DNA of 64,000 nucleotides, taken from the NCBI GenBank assembly GCA_964514285.1, contig CAZEQC010000008.1:6181-70180 (forward strand). The letters are read 5' to 3'. Every line of letters starts with the position of its first letter. Position 1 is the first letter of the stretch. Position numbers and translations under genes: made by a program. Below, one piece after another: positions 36,171 through 43,517 of the stretch. The notes beneath the pieces are model-generated. The model made no database searches, was not told the origin of the DNA, and worked only from the letters and a program-made list of their open reading frames with translations. The DNA comes from an uncultured Anaerolineales bacterium. Lineage in GTDB: Bacteria; Chloroflexota; Anaerolineae; B4-G1.

Positions 36171-37301
36171 ATGGGCCTGCGAGGGCGTCTGCAAACGCTC
36201 CGTACCCTGCACGCGGCCCACCGCCAGCGGCCCACGCAAGAACCAGCCGCGCTGCGGATCCAGGATCTCCACGTAGACCTTGAGGAGTTCCACCTGGAGG
36301 CAATAAACCTCGAGATCGCCGCCGGGGAATACTTCGTCCTACTCGGTCCGACGGGAGCGGGGAAGACTGTCCTCCTCGAGACAGTAGCGGGGCTCTTGCC
36401 CCCTCTCAGAGGACGCATCGTCATCGACGGGAACGACATAACCGAGACGCCCCCAGAGCGGCGAGGGTCGGGCTTCGTCTACCAGGACTACGCACTCTTC
36501 CCACACCTGAACGTGGCCGACAACATCGCCTTCGGCCTGAGGCTGAACCGGCACCTGCCAGGTGACGCAGTCGAGCGCCGAGTTACGGAGATGGCTTGCT
36601 TGCTGTCTATCCACCACCTCCTTCACCGTAGCCCCAACACACTCAGCGGGGGCGAGCGACAGCGGGTCGCCCTCGCGCGGGCCTTGGTTACGGAACCGGC
36701 CGTCTTGCTGCTCGACGAACCTCTCAGTGCCCTCGATCCCCAGACGCGCACGGGCTTGCAGCGAGAGCTGAGCCGCATCCACCGCCAGCTGAAAACAACC
36801 ACGCTCCACGTTACCCACGACTTCCAGGAGGCTGTGACGCTGGCCGATCGTATCGGGCTCCTCCACCAGGGCCGGATTGTCCAGGTTGGCACACCTGAGG
36901 ACATCTTCCGTCGGCCGGCCAGTTCGTTCGTCGCGCGATTCGTGGGCGCTCGCAACCTCCTGGTCGGTGAACTGGTGGAGACAACCGAGGCAGGGCATAG
37001 GAGGTTTGAAACCCGTGGGCTCGACATCGCCGTCGACACTGACCTCCGTGGGCAGGCCCACGCCTCCATCCGGCCCGAAGACATCTTCATCTCTAGGGAA
37101 CCGGTACGCACGGATCCCCGAAACTGTTATCAGGGCACCATCGCGCGCATCGCCGACCGGGGGTCACTCGTCTACGTGACGGTCGATGTCCCGCCGGCCT
37201 TCGTCTGTGCCATCACTCGATACTCGCTGGAGCAGATGGGGCTGCAGCCGGGGATGCCCGTTTACGTCACGTTCAAGCCGTCGGCTGTTCACGTGTTCTA
37301 G
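36171..37301 (+). CDS. wtpC: tungstate/molybdate ABC transporter ATP-binding protein with C-terminal TOBE domain
   Basis: Walker A 'GPTGAGKT', 'LSGGERQRVALARAL', 'LLLDEPLSALD' and the TOBE-like tail 'SLVYVTVDV....CAITRYSLEQMGLQPGMPVYVTFKPSAVHVF'. Confidence 0.85.
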   Translation: MGLRGRLQTLRTLHAAHRQRPTQEPAALRIQDLHVDLEEFHLEAINLEIAAGEYFVLLGPTGAGKTVLLETVAGLLPPLRGRIVIDGNDITETPPERRGSGFVYQDYALFPHLNVADNIAFGLRLNRHLPGDAVERRVTEMACLLSIHHLLHRSPNTLSGGERQRVALARALVTEPAVLLLDEPLSALDPQTRTGLQRELSRIHRQLKTTTLHVTHDFQEAVTLADRIGLLHQGRIVQVGTPEDIFRRPASSFVARFVGARNLLVGELVETTEAGHRRFETRGLDIAVDTDLRGQAHASIRPEDIFISREPVRTDPRNCYQGTIARIADRGSLVYVTVDVPPAFVCAITRYSLEQMGLQPGMPVYVTFKPSAVHVF

Positions 37302-37432
37302 CTTGGCTTCAACTGCGTCGTTACGGCGCATATGATCCCGGGGCCAAGCCAGTCGCTCGCTCGGTCCCAGGAAAGATAGGGGCAATTATCGACGAGATCA
37401 TTCGCGGCATATCAGAAGCCTTTCGCCTGATC

Positions 37433-38101
37433 GTGACGCTCGACCCGGCGCTCCTGCAGGTGGTGTCACTCTCCCTGCGGGTCTCGGGAATCGCACTTCT
37501 GTTCAGCACGGTCATCGGCATCCCATTGGGGGCGATGCTCGGACTGAACCGTTTCCGGGGCCGCCGGCTCATCATCGCTCTCCTCTATACCGGGATGGGC
37601 TTCCCACCCGTAGTGGTCGGCTTGTTCGTCTACTTGATGCTATCTCGAAGCGGCCCACTGGGTCAGATGACCGCGCCGGTGATCCCCGACCTCTTCACGC
37701 CGGGAGCCATGGTGGTCGCTCAGACGATCATCTCGTTCCCCTTGGTGGCGGGTTTCACCATGGCTGCCGTCATGGGCGTCGATCCGGGGCTCCGACGACA
37801 GGTCCAGGCCCTGGGTGCCACCCCTTGGCAGACGACACTGGCTATCCTCGTCGAGGCCCGCATCGGCGTCATCGTCTCGATCATCGCCGGCTTCGGCAGC
37901 ATCATATCCGAGGTTGGCGCCGTCATGATGGTGGGAGGGAACATCGAAGGCAGTACGCGCATGCTGACCACGGCCATCGTCCTGGAGACCCGGAAAGGGA
38001 ATTTCGACTTAGCCATGGCCATCGGCGTGATCCTCTTGGCTATCTCCTTCGCGGCGAATCTGCTGATGCAGCGGCTCCAGGGAAGGACGGTCGACGAATG
38101 A
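37433..38101 (+). CDS. tupB: tungstate ABC transporter permease, TupB type (true start probably upstream at a non-canonical codon)
   Basis: 5-6 TM. 'LDPALLQVVSLSLRVSGIALLFSTVIGIPLGAML' resembles TupB. The in-frame upstream 'IIDEIIRGISEAFRLIV' also resembles the TupB N-terminus. Confidence 0.8.
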   Translation: MTLDPALLQVVSLSLRVSGIALLFSTVIGIPLGAMLGLNRFRGRRLIIALLYTGMGFPPVVVGLFVYLMLSRSGPLGQMTAPVIPDLFTPGAMVVAQTIISFPLVAGFTMAAVMGVDPGLRRQVQALGATPWQTTLAILVEARIGVIVSIIAGFGSIISEVGAVMMVGGNIEGSTRMLTTAIVLETRKGNFDLAMAIGVILLAISFAANLLMQRLQGRTVDE

Positions 38102-38829
38102 GCGACTTCATCTACCGCATGCAGAACGTCTCTAAGACCTACGACGAACGGCGTGTGCTCACCGTCGACCATCTGCGTATCCGGCGTGGAGAGATCTTTG
38201 CCTTGGTCGGCCCGAGTGGTGCGGGCAAGAGCACGTTCCTGCGGCTGCTTAACTTCCTAGAAAGCCCAAACACAGGCCGCATCCGGTTCCTCGACGTCGA
38301 GTTCAGCTCCATGGGACAGGTTCCCCTACGACTCCGAAGACGCGTCACCACGGTCTTCCAGCGACCGATTCTCTTGAACCGCACCGTACACGCCAACGTG
38401 GCCTACGGGCTCAGGCTGCGCAGCGAGGAGGACGTAGGAGAGAAGGTCTGCCAAGCCCTGGAGGAAGTCGGCCTCGAGAATCACGCGCGTCAGCGTGCGA
38501 GGACCCTGTCCGGGGGCGAGGCCCAGCGAGTCGCCCTGGCGCGGGCCATTGTCCTGGACCCCGACGTCCTACTGCTTGATGAGCCGACGGCCAACCTCGA
38601 TCCCTACAACGTTGGCTTGATCGAGGAGATCGTTCAGCAGCGCAACCGTGAGCAGGGCACCACCCTGGTGTTGGTCACACACAATGTCTTCCAGGCCAAG
38701 CGGTTAGCCGACCGCGTGGCGCTGATGCTGGAAGGCGAGATCGTGGAGGTAGCCGACGTCGAGACCTTCTTCGAAGAACCCGACGATCCACGAACCGCCG
38801 CGTTCGTCCGCGGCGATATGATCTACTAA
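38098..38829 (+). CDS. tupC: tungstate ABC transporter ATP-binding protein, TupC type
   Basis: Walker A 'GPSGAGKST', 'LSGGEAQRVALARAI' and 'LLLDEPTANLD'. ATGA overlap with tupB. Confidence 0.85.
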   Translation: MSDFIYRMQNVSKTYDERRVLTVDHLRIRRGEIFALVGPSGAGKSTFLRLLNFLESPNTGRIRFLDVEFSSMGQVPLRLRRRVTTVFQRPILLNRTVHANVAYGLRLRSEEDVGEKVCQALEEVGLENHARQRARTLSGGEAQRVALARAIVLDPDVLLLDEPTANLDPYNVGLIEEIVQQRNREQGTTLVLVTHNVFQAKRLADRVALMLEGEIVEVADVETFFEEPDDPRTAAFVRGDMIY

Positions 38830-38849
38830 CCAATCATAAGGAGGAATCG

Positions 38850-39767
38850 ATGTTCCGACGAATCGTGAGTCTGTTGACGGCGCTGACTCTGTTGGCCGGC
38901 ACGCTGATGGCGTGCGGCCCGCAGCAACCAACCGAACTCCCACCCACCCCCACCCAACGTCCACCAACGGCCACAGAGACCGAAGCGGAGGAGACGCGGA
39001 CGCTGACCCTAGCCACCACCACCAGCACCGAGAACTCGGGGCTGCTCGGCTATCTGCTGCCCTTCTTCGAGGAGGAGTACAACACCGAGGTCGAGGTCAT
39101 CGCGGTGGGAACGGGCCAGGCCCTGCAGATCGGCGAGGATGGGAACGCCGACGTCCTGATGGTCCACGCCCGCTCTCTGGAGGACGCCTTCATGGATGCG
39201 GGACACGGCGTCCGGCGCGAGGACCTGATGTACAACGACTTCGTCATCGTCGGCCCGCGCGATGATCCGGCCGGCATCGAGGGCACGACCGATGCCGCCG
39301 CCGCTTTCGCTCAGATTGCGGAGGCTGAGGCTACCTTCATCTCCCGCGGCGACGAATCGGGCACACACACCAAGGAGAAGACCATCTGGTCCGCCGCGGG
39401 TGTCGAACCCTCCGGCGACTGGTATATAGCCGCTGGGCAGGGCATGGGCGCCGTGTTGACTATGGCCGACGAGCAGGAGGGCTATACCCTCAGCGACCGG
39501 GCCACCTACCTGGCCCGCACCCTGGAGGGGACTGACCTGGTCATCCTCACCGAGGGTGACCCGATCCTCTTCAATCCGTATGGCGTCATCGCCGTCAATC
39601 CCGACAAGAGCCCGGAGATCAACGCCGAGCTGGCCAACCAGTTCATCGACTGGCTCATCTCCGTGCCCACCCAGGAGAAGATCGCCGAGTTCGGTGTGGA
39701 GCAGTTCGGCTCGCCGCTCTTCACGCCCGACTCAGAGCCTTGGCGAGAGGCGAACCCGGACGGCTAG
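38850..39767 (+). CDS. tupA: tungstate ABC transporter substrate-binding lipoprotein, TupA type
   Basis: Lipobox 'LLAGTLMACG'. 'LTLATTTSTENSGLLGYLLPFFEEEYNTEVEVIAVGTGQALQIGEDGNADVLMVHA...YNDFVIVGP.DDPAGI' matches the TupA pattern. Confidence 0.85.
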   Translation: MFRRIVSLLTALTLLAGTLMACGPQQPTELPPTPTQRPPTATETEAEETRTLTLATTTSTENSGLLGYLLPFFEEEYNTEVEVIAVGTGQALQIGEDGNADVLMVHARSLEDAFMDAGHGVRREDLMYNDFVIVGPRDDPAGIEGTTDAAAAFAQIAEAEATFISRGDESGTHTKEKTIWSAAGVEPSGDWYIAAGQGMGAVLTMADEQEGYTLSDRATYLARTLEGTDLVILTEGDPILFNPYGVIAVNPDKSPEINAELANQFIDWLISVPTQEKIAEFGVEQFGSPLFTPDSEPWREANPDG

Positions 39768-39864
39768 GTAGCAGGAGCGGGCTCAGCACGGTCGTGCCCA
39801 GGTGCACAGGCAGGATGCAGGCTCAGAGCCTGGTCGCGATCCAGGTCGAACACTTGACACGTTC

Positions 39865-39897
39865 GCCGTCCGCTGGAGGGAACGTCCAGCGGACGGC
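39865..39897 (+). terminator. perfect 13-bp stem / 7-nt loop hairpin downstream of tupA (possible terminator; no U-tract)
   Basis: GCCGTCCGCTGGA-gggaacg-TCCAGCGGACGGC. Confidence 0.3.
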
Positions 39898-39978
39898 GGC
39901 GGGGCTCCTGACGAACCATCTCGATCCCTGTGCACGTTCCGTGGAGATGAACGAACCGATAGTCCCGTCGGGGCGCCG

Positions 39979-40080
39979 ATTCTCGACGGGCGCGCTAACG
40001 AGTTGTCGCGCCCACCTGCCGGTGCGTTGCACCTGATCAGCTTATGTCCACGACAACTCGTTAGTGCGCCTATTCTCGAC
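39979..40080. mobile_element. MITE-like palindromic element of about 84 bp, flanked by a 9-bp direct repeat
   Basis: ATTCTCGAC at 39979-39987 and 40072-40080. The inner arms CTAACGAGTTGTCG (39995-40008) and CGACAACTCGTTAG (40051-40064) are perfect inverted repeats, extended imperfectly to about 21 bp. Confidence 0.35.
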
Positions 40081-40087
40081 CGTTAGC

Positions 40088-40115
40088 TTGACTTAGGCGC
40101 AGGCCTTGGTATAGT
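40088..40115 (+). promoter_or_regulatory. sigma70-like promoter (TTGACT-N16-TATAGT) for the MoSto-like gene
   Basis: -35 at 40088-40093 and -10 at 40110-40115, about 80 nt upstream of ATG 40194 (AAGGAGG RBS). Confidence 0.45.
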
Positions 40116-40193
40116 AAGTCCCTCTGGAGACCTCAACGCTCGTCAGATGAACTACCGTATGCTTATCTCAGACCGAAGCCACAAGGAGGTCGA

Positions 40194-41033
40194 ATGACCC
40201 TCAAACGTGACGAAAGCGGTCGATTGCACATCGACACGCCCCTTATGGCCGAGTCCCTTATGGACAAGTCACTCCTCGATGCCACCGAGACGGAGACCGT
40301 CTTTCGTGCCTTGCCCGATCTCAACGTCATCAAATTGGGCGGGCAGAGCATCATCGATCGTGGCCGTGAAGCAGTGCTCCCCCTCGTCGAGGAAATCGTC
40401 ACCGCCCGTTCGGAGCACCAACTCCTGGTCACCACCGGTGGCGGAACTCGCAGTCGTCACGCCTATGTCATCGGGATGGATCTGGAGATGCCCACTGGCG
40501 TGCTGGCCAAGCTCGGCTCCAGCATCAGCGAGCAGAACGCCCTCATGCTCTCGATGCTGCTGGCGCCTTACGGAGGCATCAAGATCGGCCACGACGACCT
40601 GGTCAAGCTGCCCGCCTACATGGCCCTCGGGTCCATTCCCGTCATGCACGCTATGCCACCCTACGGGCTCTGGGAGGAACCGCCCGAGAGGGGCCGCATA
40701 CCACCGCACCGCACGGACAGTGGCGTCTTCCTCACCGCCGAGGTCGTGGGAGCCAGGCGCTGTATCCTGGTCAAAGACGAGCAAGGTTTGTTCACCGCCG
40801 ACCCCAAGAAGGATTCCGACGCCGAGTTCATCCCCGAGGTAGAGGTTAGCGAGCTTCTGGAGATGGACCTGGACGACCTGCCCGTGGAGCGCTCTATGCT
40901 GCGTGCCCTGGTCAGCGCTCGCAGCGTCCACGAGGTATTCATCATCAACGGGCGTGAGCCCGGGAACCTGACTCAAGCGCTTGCCGGGGAGAACCCAGGG
41001 ACGCGAATCTATCGCCAAAGCCACTCTCAATGA
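40194..41033 (+). CDS. molybdenum-storage-protein (MoSto, MosA/MosB) homologue, amino-acid-kinase fold
   Basis: Collinear by recall with Azotobacter MosB: 'ILPD..VIKIGGQSVIDRGR.AV.PLV.EIV.AR..H.LL..TG.GTR.RH', 'GVLA.LGSS...QNA.ML', 'MPPY.LW', 'IPP.RTD.G.FL.AE', 'VKDE.GL.TA.PK...DA.FIP', 'VNG..PGNLT.ALAGE..GT.I'. Confidence 0.8.
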   Translation: MTLKRDESGRLHIDTPLMAESLMDKSLLDATETETVFRALPDLNVIKLGGQSIIDRGREAVLPLVEEIVTARSEHQLLVTTGGGTRSRHAYVIGMDLEMPTGVLAKLGSSISEQNALMLSMLLAPYGGIKIGHDDLVKLPAYMALGSIPVMHAMPPYGLWEEPPERGRIPPHRTDSGVFLTAEVVGARRCILVKDEQGLFTADPKKDSDAEFIPEVEVSELLEMDLDDLPVERSMLRALVSARSVHEVFIINGREPGNLTQALAGENPGTRIYRQSHSQ

Positions 41034-41038
41034 TCTCT

Positions 41039-41437
41039 CTATGCATCGCTGGCTTCCCCGGCAGGGGTTCGGCCCTCCTTAGCCGCGCGTCCGTCTGCCA
41101 AGCCGCCGACACCACGCGAGCGCCGAGGGCCGCGCGGTTGGGGCGGGGCCACCTCGAACGTCCCCCCCTCGACCTGGAGCGCATAACCTTCGCTCAGCGC
41201 CAACGCCACCTGACGGCGAGCATGGGAGACGATCCGCTGAAAGGTAGAGCGAGAGACGCCCATGCACTCGGCCGCCTCGGCCTGGGTCAGGCCCTCAAGA
41301 TCGGCCAATCGCAGGGCCTCTCGCTCCTCCTGCAACAGGGTCACGCGACGCAGCCCATCCAGCGGTACGCCGGCTGGCTTGTAGATAGCCGGTTTCGGCT
41401 TCTGTGGTATGATGCGTCGCTTGCGGGGCCGGCCCAC
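41039..41437 (-). CDS. DUF134 (UPF0251) family HTH protein, putative regulator
   Basis: GTG start after GAGGGA gives 'MGRPRKRRIIPQKPKPAIYKPAGVPL...LLQEEREALRLADLEGLTQAEAAECMGVSRSTFQRIV', the DUF134 pattern (sigma70 region-4-like HTH). Confidence 0.75.
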   Translation of the reverse strand: MGRPRKRRIIPQKPKPAIYKPAGVPLDGLRRVTLLQEEREALRLADLEGLTQAEAAECMGVSRSTFQRIVSHARRQVALALSEGYALQVEGGTFEVAPPQPRGPRRSRGVGGLADGRAAKEGRTPAGEASDA

Positions 41438-41438
41438 G

Positions 41439-41672
41439 CTATCCCTCGCTGGGATCGCGACGCCGGCGGCCTTTGCCCTCCTCAGCCCCCTCCCCCCGAG
41501 GAAGATAGACGATCTCGGCCGGGAGATCGGCGGCGAGTTTCTCCAGCTCGGCGCGACGGATGCGCGTCTTGTAGACCCGCAGATCCACGCCGTGCGAGGC
41601 CACGATGGCAAAGCGCGGTCGCCCTGCGCCCTTGCCCACGTGGCGTCGATGACGCACGTACAGCTTACTCAT
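41439..41672 (-). CDS. hypothetical small basic protein (77 aa)
   Basis: ATG preceded by AAGAGGAGG. Codon third positions are GC-rich. It lies 1 nt upstream of the DUF134 start and is driven by a near-consensus promoter. I recognise no family. Confidence 0.5.
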   Translation of the reverse strand: MSKLYVRHRRHVGKGAGRPRFAIVASHGVDLRVYKTRIRRAELEKLAADLPAEIVYLPRGEGAEEGKGRRRRDPSEG

Positions 41673-41713
41673 ATCTAGGAGCCTCCTCTTATTTTGAGCA
41701 TATACCCAAAACT

Positions 41714-41742
41714 AGTATACACGACGTAGAAAGGTCTGTCAA
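41714..41742 (-). promoter_or_regulatory. near-consensus sigma70 promoter (TTGACA-N17-TATACT) for the small ORF + DUF134 operon
   Basis: On the minus strand the -35 is 41742..41737 and the -10 is 41719..41714. The inverted repeat TATAC-N9-GTATA (41701-41719) overlaps the -10. Confidence 0.5.
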
Positions 41743-41747
41743 CCAAC

Positions 41748-42494
41748 GTGAAGCCAGGCGAAACAAGACAAGCACGGATGGTGGAGGAAGCAGGTTTCTT
41801 CATCGGCCTCGACGACACCGACACCCGTGAATCCCGTGGCACTGGCCACCTTGCGCGTCACATCGCCGCTGTGCTGGCGCGCCACTATCCGCTGTTGGGC
41901 GTGACGCGTCACCAGTTGCTCTTCGATCCTCGCGTGCCGTACACCGCGAAGAACAGCTGCGCCGCTATCGTATGCGCGTCGAACGGTCACATCGACCCCC
42001 AGGCATTGATGAGTCGCGTCCAGGCAATCATGCGGAAGCACTTCAACCCCGGCAGCGACCCAGGCCTCTGCATTGCGCCGCTCGGATACGAGCCGCGCCT
42101 TCCCGAGCCGATCACCGCTTTCGGGCGCCGCGCGAAGCAGGAGTTGGTGACTCAAGAGGAAGCCCGCTCCTTGGCCGCCGCTCACGCCATTCCCTTGGCC
42201 GGGCTGGGTGGCAGCGAGGACGGCGTCATCGGCGCGCTGGCCGCCGTCGGCCTGGCGGCTGGCGGAGACGACGGTCGTTATGTGATGGTCGGACGTTCCA
42301 GGGACCTCCAGGGCCTTCAGCCGATCACCGCCGTGCTGGAGGCGGGCATCGCCGATGTGCGCACTCTCGACGGCCGCCCGGTGACTGCGGGCCTCATCCT
42401 CAGCGACAAACTGCGCCCCGCGCGGCGTGGCGCCCAGCCGATCGCCTTCGTCGAGTGGGCTGAGGGGCACTGGCGTCCTCTCAAGCTCGATTGA
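41748..42494 (+). CDS. stand-alone homologue of the TiaS N-terminal kinase-like (TCKD) domain; function unknown
   Basis: 'FFIGLDDTDTRESRGTGHLA', 'DPRVPYTAKNSCAAIV', 'DPGLCI' and 'EDGVIGALAAVGLA' parallel archaeal TiaS 'IGIDDTDS..GMCTTYLA', 'NP.IPYKTRGNGA', 'NPG', 'RGLIGALAAVG' (from memory). Start is GTG 41748 or ATG 41778. Confidence 0.6.
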   Translation: MKPGETRQARMVEEAGFFIGLDDTDTRESRGTGHLARHIAAVLARHYPLLGVTRHQLLFDPRVPYTAKNSCAAIVCASNGHIDPQALMSRVQAIMRKHFNPGSDPGLCIAPLGYEPRLPEPITAFGRRAKQELVTQEEARSLAAAHAIPLAGLGGSEDGVIGALAAVGLAAGGDDGRYVMVGRSRDLQGLQPITAVLEAGIADVRTLDGRPVTAGLILSDKLRPARRGAQPIAFVEWAEGHWRPLKLD

Positions 42495-42515
42495 AGAAGC
42501 GTTAAGGAGCCCTCG

Positions 42516-43514
42516 ATGGCCCATCTCGACGCCTACAACCGCCCCATCAGCTACTTGCGGATCTCAGTCACCGATCGCTGTAACTTGCGCTGCATCTACT
42601 GTATGCCGGATGAGGGCGTCCCATCCGTCAGCCATCATCGCATCCTGCGCTACGAGGAGATCGAGACCATCGTCCACGCCGCAGCCGATCTGGGGATCAC
42701 TAAGGTACGGCTCACCGGCGGCGAGCCGCTCGTCCGGCACGGCATCGTCGATCTGGTGCGTAAGATCGCCCGCATCCCCGGCATCGACGATCTGGCCATG
42801 ACCACCAACGGCATCCTGCTGGCTCGCTACGCTCAGCATCTCTCCGACGCTGGGCTCCACCGGGTCAACATCAGCTTGGACACCCTCGACCCAGAGCGCT
42901 TCCGCCACATCACCCGCCGCGGCGAGCTGCAGGACGTCCTATCCGGCATTGAGGCCGCCCGGGCGGCTGGCCTGCGCCCCATCAAGATCAACACCGTCGT
43001 GATCCGCGGGATGAACGCTGACGAGGTCGTCGACCTCGCTGCCAAGACGCTGGAGGCTGGATGGTGGAACATCCGTTTCATTGAGCTGATGCCGGTCGGC
43101 GACGGCGAACTGATGAACACGGCGTGGGAAGAGCAGGTCGTGACGGTCCCGGAGATTCGCCAGCGGATCGAGACGGCACTGGGCGAACTGGAGCCCGTCA
43201 AGATGCGCGTCGGCAGCGGCCCTGCCCGTTACTACCAGCTTCCGGGGGCGAAGGGCACCATTGGCTTCATCAGCCCCATCAGCCAGCACTTCTGCTACCG
43301 CTGCAACCGCTTGCGACTCACTGCTGACGGACAGCTGCGCCCCTGCCTGCTCTCCGATCAGGAGCTCGACCTGCGCACCCCGCTGCGCCAGGGCGCCGGA
43401 GCTAATCAGATCAAGGCCCTGATCATCGAGGCCATCAACCGTAAGCCTATGCGCCACCATCTGGATGAGCACCTCCATCCAGAGCGGCGCGCCATGTCAC
43501 AGATCGGAGGATAG
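42516..43514 (+). CDS. moaA: GTP 3',8-cyclase (radical SAM)
   Basis: 'YLRISVTDRCNLRCIYCMP', 'VRLTGGEPL' and the C-terminal cluster 'FCYRCNRLRLTADGQLRPCL'. Confidence 0.95.
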   Translation: MAHLDAYNRPISYLRISVTDRCNLRCIYCMPDEGVPSVSHHRILRYEEIETIVHAAADLGITKVRLTGGEPLVRHGIVDLVRKIARIPGIDDLAMTTNGILLARYAQHLSDAGLHRVNISLDTLDPERFRHITRRGELQDVLSGIEAARAAGLRPIKINTVVIRGMNADEVVDLAAKTLEAGWWNIRFIELMPVGDGELMNTAWEEQVVTVPEIRQRIETALGELEPVKMRVGSGPARYYQLPGAKGTIGFISPISQHFCYRCNRLRLTADGQLRPCLLSDQELDLRTPLRQGAGANQIKALIIEAINRKPMRHHLDEHLHPERRAMSQIGG

Positions 43515-43517
43515 GAG

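Noticed and set aside
40116-40193. A Moco riboswitch in the 5' UTR of the MoSto-like gene.
   Set aside because: The UTR is only about 75 nt, and I see no conserved multi-stem architecture. It is too short for the known motif.
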